A program made the translations under genes and the position numbers. This document shows positions 58,144 to 64,000 of a stretch of DNA of 64,000 bases, one piece after another. The number at the start of each line of letters is the position of its first letter. Position 1 is the first letter of the stretch. This DNA is from Candidatus Latescibacterota bacterium (lineage in GTDB: Bacteria > Latescibacterota > UBA2968 > GCA-2709665): NCBI GenBank assembly GCA_965219455.1, contig OZ244744.1, forward strand, positions 5,088,001 through 5,152,000, in the 5' to 3' direction. Below the pieces are notes generated by a model. It worked only from the letters and a program-made list of their open reading frames with translations, did no database searches and was not told the origin of the DNA.

Positions 58144-59538
58144 ATGAGCCACGAGATCGAACAGCGCCCGTTGGAGCAGATTTTCGGGTCGTCGGAAGCG
58201 CATCAGAATCTTCTGGTTCTGTCGGACGACATCGGGTCGCGCCTGGCTGGATCGGAGAATGAGATCCGGGCCAGGGATTTTCTGGTGGATGCATTGTCCC
58301 GCTACGGATTGAACGATGTACACGTCGAGGAATTTCAGCACCGGGCGTGGACGCCTGTAAAGGAACAACTGACCGTTACCGCGCCCGTCGAACGGGAAAT
58401 CGCCTGTCGGTGCGGCGGCCTGTCCCCGTCGACGCCGGACGGAGGTATCCAGGCCCGCGTCGTGTTCCTGGAACGGGGCGACCGCGAGGAATTCGAGGCT
58501 CGAAGGGCGGACGTGGCCGGCCGTTTCGTGGCGGCGCCCTATTATCCGATCGCGCGGCAGATGAAAACTCCGCTTGCCGCGGAATACGGTGCGGCGGGGC
58601 TGATTGAATGGCGGACCTATCCCGGCGGACTTCAACCGGCGCGCACGTGCGCATTCGCCCGTGTAGCTTCGATTCCAGTGGCTTCGATCAGCAAGGAGGA
58701 TGCGGCATATTTAATGCGTTTGGAGCGGCGGAGGGGTAGGGTCCGGATCAGGTTGACCCTGGACAGTCGCGTGGAGGTCAAGCCATCCTGGAACGTCGTC
58801 GGAGATTTGGGCGGCGACCGGGGTGAGGCCGAGTACCTGGTTGTGGGAGGGCACTACGACTCCTGGCACGTGGGGCCCGGCGCCATCGACAATGCGGCGG
58901 GGGTGGTCGCCGTGCTGGAGGCGGCGAGAGGCCTGGCAGGCTATCAGCAACATCTGAGGCGGAGGGTGCGGTTTGTTCTGTTCGGCGTGGAAGAATCCGG
59001 GCTCGTGGGATCCTGGTCGTACACGCGGGACCATGAAGACGAGTTGGACGATCTGATATTGATGATCAACAACGACGTCGGCGGCCGCCCCTCTGGCATT
59101 CATATTGCAGGCTACGACGACTGGCAGCCGGCGCTGACCCCGGTGGCGAAACGAGTGCGGGTGGACGGCGATGGCCTGCCGCCGTTTGAGGCCAGTGTGG
59201 GCGGCCCGGGATGGGGCTCGGATCACTTTCCGTTTCTCGCTCACGGCGTGCATACCGTCGGGATCGGCACCACACCGGTGGACCCTCTGGACGGCCTCTG
59301 GGGTCATACCCGCGCCGACACGCCGGATAAGGTTTACGTCCAGGGCCTTACGGAGTGCGCTGCGATCAATGCGCAGGTTATTCTGCACGCGTCCAACCTG
59401 CCGGAGCGTCCGGCCATCAGAAAGACGTCCGACGAGGTGGAGGCGATGTTCCGAAGTTACGGTTTCATCGAGACCCTGGATTTGCTCGATGTCTGGCCAC
59501 CTGAACACGCAAAAAAGCGGTACTTCACGTTTGAGTGA
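58144..59538 (+). CDS. M28 family metallopeptidase with PA domain (carboxypeptidase Q-like)
   Basis: Intact GGHYDSW, GAIDNAAG, VEESG, NND, SDH, GHTRADT. Confidence 0.92.
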   Translation: MSHEIEQRPLEQIFGSSEAHQNLLVLSDDIGSRLAGSENEIRARDFLVDALSRYGLNDVHVEEFQHRAWTPVKEQLTVTAPVEREIACRCGGLSPSTPDGGIQARVVFLERGDREEFEARRADVAGRFVAAPYYPIARQMKTPLAAEYGAAGLIEWRTYPGGLQPARTCAFARVASIPVASISKEDAAYLMRLERRRGRVRIRLTLDSRVEVKPSWNVVGDLGGDRGEAEYLVVGGHYDSWHVGPGAIDNAAGVVAVLEAARGLAGYQQHLRRRVRFVLFGVEESGLVGSWSYTRDHEDELDDLILMINNDVGGRPSGIHIAGYDDWQPALTPVAKRVRVDGDGLPPFEASVGGPGWGSDHFPFLAHGVHTVGIGTTPVDPLDGLWGHTRADTPDKVYVQGLTECAAINAQVILHASNLPERPAIRKTSDEVEAMFRSYGFIETLDLLDVWPPEHAKKRYFTFE

Positions 59539-59619
59539 TCTCTTCGCGCTGCCTCTTGACGCCGGTCGGAGAGGCGGCCGGTTGCGAAGAGACACCTCGA
59601 TTCGAAGCCAGTTTGGCCG

Positions 59620-60549
59620 GTGAACCCGTGGATCGCGCCCGGTGAGATCCACCGGCCGGAACACGACGCGATTTTTTGGAGGACGGCTGTGCGGATTGCC
59701 TGGAGCGACCTGCCTCAGTGTTACGAGTTCGATACCGGCGACATAATGGGCGGTATTCAACCCTATATGAATTACCACGGCATCTGCGGGTTGATGCATC
59801 GAGACTACAAGGTCGGGGTGGTTCGGCATTATAAGGCGTTCTTGAATGCCGAATATTACCTCAGGCCGGGTTCGGGGATGGTGATGTACCCTCGGAGGCT
59901 CTCCCAGGCGAGGAAGGTGACGCACGGGTTGTCGCAGGACGGAGTAGCCATCCACTTCCCGGCGGAGCCCGATTTCGGGTTGGAAATGGATCTCTTTTAT
60001 CGGCCGCACGGCGACGCGGTGGATCTGAAGACGACAATCCGGCCGTCGGTGGAGATTCAACGCTTTGAGATCTTTTTCGCCTCGTACATTGCTGAAGTTT
60101 TCAATGAGACCTGGGCGCCTTTAGCCAATCCTGATGGGTCTCGAGCCTGGACGAGGCTGAACAACCGGGTGGAAATCAATCGGACGTTCGGCGTTGTCAG
60201 AGACGAGCTGTCGCGCGAAATGCTTCAGGATGGACGTTTCGGTGATCCGACCAGGGGGTTGCATCGGGATCTGGAAGACCGGGACTTCAGCCTGCCCATT
60301 TTGGCTGCCCGGAATTCGTCCAACGGGTTCACGCTGGTGTTCCTGTGCGACCCCGTTCTCACAACCTACCTGACCGGTCAGTACCACGCATGGGATACCG
60401 CGCACGACTGGTGCTATGGCCGGGACCTGGCGGCGGGCGCCGAGATGGTGGCACACACGAGGATGGTTTATCGCTGTTTTCCGGATGTACGGGAGATGGG
60501 CAAGGGTATCGATGAATTGTGGACAGCCTTTGCCGGCCCAATATCCTAA
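59620..60549 (+). CDS. Hypothetical protein
   Basis: 309-aa frame with natural, aromatic and beta-rich composition; co-oriented with its neighbours. The start is uncertain. Confidence 0.7.
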   Translation: MNPWIAPGEIHRPEHDAIFWRTAVRIAWSDLPQCYEFDTGDIMGGIQPYMNYHGICGLMHRDYKVGVVRHYKAFLNAEYYLRPGSGMVMYPRRLSQARKVTHGLSQDGVAIHFPAEPDFGLEMDLFYRPHGDAVDLKTTIRPSVEIQRFEIFFASYIAEVFNETWAPLANPDGSRAWTRLNNRVEINRTFGVVRDELSREMLQDGRFGDPTRGLHRDLEDRDFSLPILAARNSSNGFTLVFLCDPVLTTYLTGQYHAWDTAHDWCYGRDLAAGAEMVAHTRMVYRCFPDVREMGKGIDELWTAFAGPIS

Positions 60550-60712
60550 GAAGCTGTCTCAAAATCCCCAGCGGTCTTCGCGCGGCTGCAAACGCGCCGG
60601 TCGGCGTTGGTCAAATCCACCCGTATCTGTAGGATATGGGCGGATTCTCCCGCCTTGACCGCCACTTTTTCGCTCGCGCTCGGGAACTCGCCGGGAATTT
60701 TAAAACAGCTTC
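60550..60712. mobile_element. MITE-like element family C
   Basis: Imperfect 20-bp TIRs gaagctgtctcaaaatcccc / gggaattttaaaacagcttc. Starts immediately after a TAA stop. GCGTT..hairpin..CGCCTTG core. Confidence 0.65.
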
Positions 60713-60737
60713 CAACAAACTTCAGGAGGCAAGAGGT

Positions 60738-61976
60738 ATGCTGGCGATCGATGGCGGTGAAAAGGTCCGTACCGTGCCGATGCCCGCGCGGCGTCTTTTC
60801 GGCGAGGAGGAGAAGCTGGCGGTGATGGCTCTTTTCGACGAAAGTATCCGGTCGGGCAACGCGTTCGGGTACGATGGACCGGAGGAACGCGCGTACGAAC
60901 GGGACTTTGCGGATTTCATGGGCGGCGGGTACGCTGACCTGGTGAATTCGGGCACGACGTCTCTGTACTCGGCGCTTGGGGCCCTCGAACTGGAGGTCCC
61001 GGGCGAGGTGGTGGTGCCGCCAATTACCGATCCGGGGGGGGTGATGCCCGTGGCGCTTTTGAACCTGGTACCGGTGGTTTCTGATGCGGCCCCCGGCACG
61101 TTCAACGCCGGCGCGGAACAGATCGAAGCCGTACTCACCGAGCATTCGCGTGCGATCATCGTTGCGCATATCGCCGGGGAACCCGCGGACCTGGACCCGA
61201 TTCTGGAGCTTGCCGATTCGCGCGGGTTGCCCGTGATCGAAGATTGCGCGCAGGCGCACGGCGCCAGGTACAGGGGAAGGATTGTGGGCGGCATGGGGGC
61301 GATGGGGACTTTTTCAACGATGAGCGGCAAGCATCACGCCACCGGGTCGCAAGGCGGGGTGGTCTTCGTGAAGGATCAGGATCTCTATTGGCGGGTGAAG
61401 CGTTTTTCGGATCGGGGCAAACCCTTGAATCTGGAGGGAAGCGGACTTTCCAACGTGAGGGCGAGCCTGAATATGAACGGGAACGACCTGGCCGCGGCGA
61501 TCGGCCGGGTGCAGTTGCGCCGGTTGGGGGAGATTGCGGATAACCGGCGCAGGGCGGGAGATGCAATACGGGACGGTATCGAACATCTGCAGGCGGTATC
61601 GATGGGCAGGCAGGTGCCGGGTACCGAGTGCGTGTACTGGTTCCTTCGGTTCCACCTGGATACACCCGGACTGAGCGTGGACAAGGCAGGCTTCGTCAAG
61701 GCGCTGGCGGCTGAAGGCATTCCGGCGTCGGTATCCTACAGGCATATCCCGTCCGAGGCGACCTGGTTCAAGGAACGCAGAGTTTTCGGAAACAGCGACT
61801 ATCCCTGGGGACTCCCCGACTATCGTGGAGATCGCAATGCCACGTTCCCGTGCCCCAACGCCGTCGCGGCCGCCGAGAGCCACTTTACGATGCCGATCCA
61901 CGAGAACTACGGGGAGCAGGAGGTTTACGACATCGTGGCCGCTCTCGAGAAGGTGGAGAACGCCTATCTGAAATAG
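60738..61976 (+). CDS. DegT/DnrJ/EryC1/StrS family PLP aminotransferase
   Basis: NSGTTSL, IEDCAQAHGA, FSTMSGKH..QGG. Confidence 0.92.
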   Translation: MLAIDGGEKVRTVPMPARRLFGEEEKLAVMALFDESIRSGNAFGYDGPEERAYERDFADFMGGGYADLVNSGTTSLYSALGALELEVPGEVVVPPITDPGGVMPVALLNLVPVVSDAAPGTFNAGAEQIEAVLTEHSRAIIVAHIAGEPADLDPILELADSRGLPVIEDCAQAHGARYRGRIVGGMGAMGTFSTMSGKHHATGSQGGVVFVKDQDLYWRVKRFSDRGKPLNLEGSGLSNVRASLNMNGNDLAAAIGRVQLRRLGEIADNRRRAGDAIRDGIEHLQAVSMGRQVPGTECVYWFLRFHLDTPGLSVDKAGFVKALAAEGIPASVSYRHIPSEATWFKERRVFGNSDYPWGLPDYRGDRNATFPCPNAVAAAESHFTMPIHENYGEQEVYDIVAALEKVENAYLK

Positions 61977-62158
61977 GCGGTCATTCAACGTCGACGCAAC
62001 GGTGCGACGGCTGTTGCCGGGAATACCCTGCGAAATGTCCTGGGCGGCGGCTGCGAACTTCCTGGTGCCATCGGATCGTGGTTTTGAGTCACTGTCCGGT
62101 ATCGATGTCGTCCAGGGCAGAAGGCCGCGCCCGCGCTTGAATCGACAGAGGTCGGAAA

Positions 62159-64000
62159 ATGGCTGTGGAGGCGTTCAGGCAGGTTCAAAACCTTTGTCCC
62201 GCCGAGGAGATCTACCGTGCCGCGGAACTTACCAATCTCTGGATGGGCAAAGAGGATGAGGGTATCCGTCTCTTCAGAGGTTCGGTGGTGGAGAACGACA
62301 GCCCCGGCGTCGGACGGTCGGACGACCTGGACGAGGATCCGTTTGTGGAGGTTTCAGGCCCGTCGGCGCTGAAAAAAGCACTGACGTTGCCCCGAAGTCC
62401 TTCCGTCAGGACGCAGTTGGCTTTTATCGCGCGGGAGCGGAGGGGTCATTCGGCCACGTTGCGATTCAACGTCAACGGGCAGGAGGTGCTGCGGCCGCCG
62501 TCCCCGCTGGCTACCCCCGATGCCAGGCAGTACTGGGAGTTGGCGCCCGATGACGGCGCGTGGAGCTGGAGTCGATGGTATTACGTGGATCTCCCGGTGG
62601 GGTGTCTTCGACAGGGTGAAAACCATATCGTTGCAGATGTCGTCGAGGGGCGGGTGGGATGGAGTCTGATGGTCGCGGATTATCGGGATTATGAAAAGGG
62701 GATGACGGATCCGATCGTGCTGCCGGCCTCGAGTTTTGTACGCCGAAATTGTGAGTGGGAGTCCGAACGCGGCGAATATGTGATCAGGCTGATCGTAGAC
62801 GGGTACCGTGGGGGCGGGCTTGTCGTGTCAACGGTTATGGATGCCGTGGGGGAACGGGAGGGCGTGAAGCGGCGCCATGCCGTTCGTGGACTGCGTTTGG
62901 ATTGGGACGTCGTGGCCCCCGCCGGTACCGCCGTCCACTGCGACGTGCGCACCGGAACGGATCCCGTGGTGAATGCGGCGGGCTGGAGCGACTGGCAACC
63001 GTGTGAATGCGGATCGCCGGTGGGGGTGGTTGAAGGGCGTTACCTGCAATGGCGCATGAGGTTTGAGACGGTGGATCCGGCATACACGCCCGTTCTGAAG
63101 GCAATGCGGATCCTTGCCGAGGCGTGCCCGGCCCGGGAGCCGCCGCCGCGGGTCGTCAGGTCGGACAACCCGGCCATCCGCCGGTCTTCGTACTGGATCG
63201 CAGACGAGGACTACAGGCACGGCATGTTACGGGAACTGCGCGAGCGGTTCGAACTGGATGCCGTTGTTGCCGGGGCGCAGACGGAATTTGAAGCCATTGA
63301 GCGTCTGATGGCGTGGGCGTATGCCGTTCCGCTGGGACCGTGCCGGCACTATCCCTGGGACGTCCTGGAATGGCTGTTGCTCCAGCGGGACCCATCGGGT
63401 GCGATTGTGATGAACCGGTACCGGGAGCGACGGCGCGACAAGATGTGTCTGTATCCCAACGTGGCCCTGGTGGCCGCCTGCCTGAGTTTCGGTTTTCCGG
63501 CACGGCACGTGAACTTTCACAGCGAAGGCATGACGGGCCACGAGATCGCCGAGGTCTGGTCGAACGATTATTGCAAGTGGGTCCACCTGGACGCAACGCG
63601 GGATTTCTATTGGTACGATCCGAAGACGCGTGTGCCGCTGGATACGCTCGAGGTACACCGGGTGCTGGCGGACAGACTTCAGGAAGTCGAACGCTGGGAT
63701 CGTCCGTATCTGTTCCGGCAGGATCTCGAATCCCTCGTTCGTGACCTGCCGATTGCAATTCGAGACGGGAGCCACGAGTTTTCCACGACGGAAGGGGCGC
63801 ATTTTCTGTTCCGGTCGTTTTGTCACTTCCGGATAGTCCCGCGGAACAACATGTTCAGCCAGCCGCGTCCGCTGCCCGTGAGTCAGGGTACGGAGGTGTG
63901 GGCCTGGGACGGGTATCTCAACTGGGCTGACGAAAAGGTGCCGCCACTGTCCCACTTTACGAATCACACGAACCGTCGCTCGGATTTTTATCCCACGATG
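62159..64000 (+). CDS. Transglutaminase-like domain protein (3' end beyond the window; absent from the ORF track)
   Basis: Open from ATG 62159 (RBS GAGG) to the edge: MAVEAFRQ... with a Cys-His-Asp triad in KMCLYPN...GHEIAEVWSNDYCKWVHLD. Confidence 0.85.
   Translation, partial: MAVEAFRQVQNLCPAEEIYRAAELTNLWMGKEDEGIRLFRGSVVENDSPGVGRSDDLDEDPFVEVSGPSALKKALTLPRSPSVRTQLAFIARERRGHSATLRFNVNGQEVLRPPSPLATPDARQYWELAPDDGAWSWSRWYYVDLPVGCLRQGENHIVADVVEGRVGWSLMVADYRDYEKGMTDPIVLPASSFVRRNCEWESERGEYVIRLIVDGYRGGGLVVSTVMDAVGEREGVKRRHAVRGLRLDWDVVAPAGTAVHCDVRTGTDPVVNAAGWSDWQPCECGSPVGVVEGRYLQWRMRFETVDPAYTPVLKAMRILAEACPAREPPPRVVRSDNPAIRRSSYWIADEDYRHGMLRELRERFELDAVVAGAQTEFEAIERLMAWAYAVPLGPCRHYPWDVLEWLLLQRDPSGAIVMNRYRERRRDKMCLYPNVALVAACLSFGFPARHVNFHSEGMTGHEIAEVWSNDYCKWVHLDATRDFYWYDPKTRVPLDTLEVHRVLADRLQEVERWDRPYLFRQDLESLVRDLPIAIRDGSHEFSTTEGAHFLFRSFCHFRIVPRNNMFSQPRPLPVSQGTEVWAWDGYLNWADEKVPPLSHFTNHTNRRSDFYPTM

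Overview
GC-rich bacterial chromosome segment with about 50 genes and no rRNA, tRNA, CRISPR array, transposase or prophage detected. The gene repertoire and the tatA-gatA adjacency suggest an FCB-group organism such as Latescibacterota; this is inference only. Left (1-4.7 kb): a variable, partly AT-richer region with pseudogenes and secreted hypotheticals. 4.9-16.2 kb: scattered catabolic enzymes, tandem amidohydrolases and a 2-phosphoglycerate kinase-like gene. 16.4-26.4 kb: a minus-strand run of K+ channel, TPR protein, DUF6785/6784-type polytopic membrane protein, a 1512-aa PA/M28-pseudopeptidase-FtsX fusion and a fused SpeD-SpeE, ending in a terminator. This run is the best candidate for an undescribed envelope or transport system. 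31-54 kb: housekeeping genes (truA, htrA-like, pssA, tatA, gatAB, comEC, accA, argJ, cimA, leuABCD, ilvN), with a four-segment leader-peptide attenuator upstream of ilvN that appears to control the RBS. 54-64 kb: a GldAFG-like ABC system, an intact M28 peptidase, a DegT-family aminotransferase and a transglutaminase-like gene that runs off the window. The intergenic DNA holds three families of TIR-bounded miniature elements; the long copies share a GCGTT..CGCCT(T)G hairpin core. A promoter-driven, structured region with no long credible ORF lies between comEC and accA.
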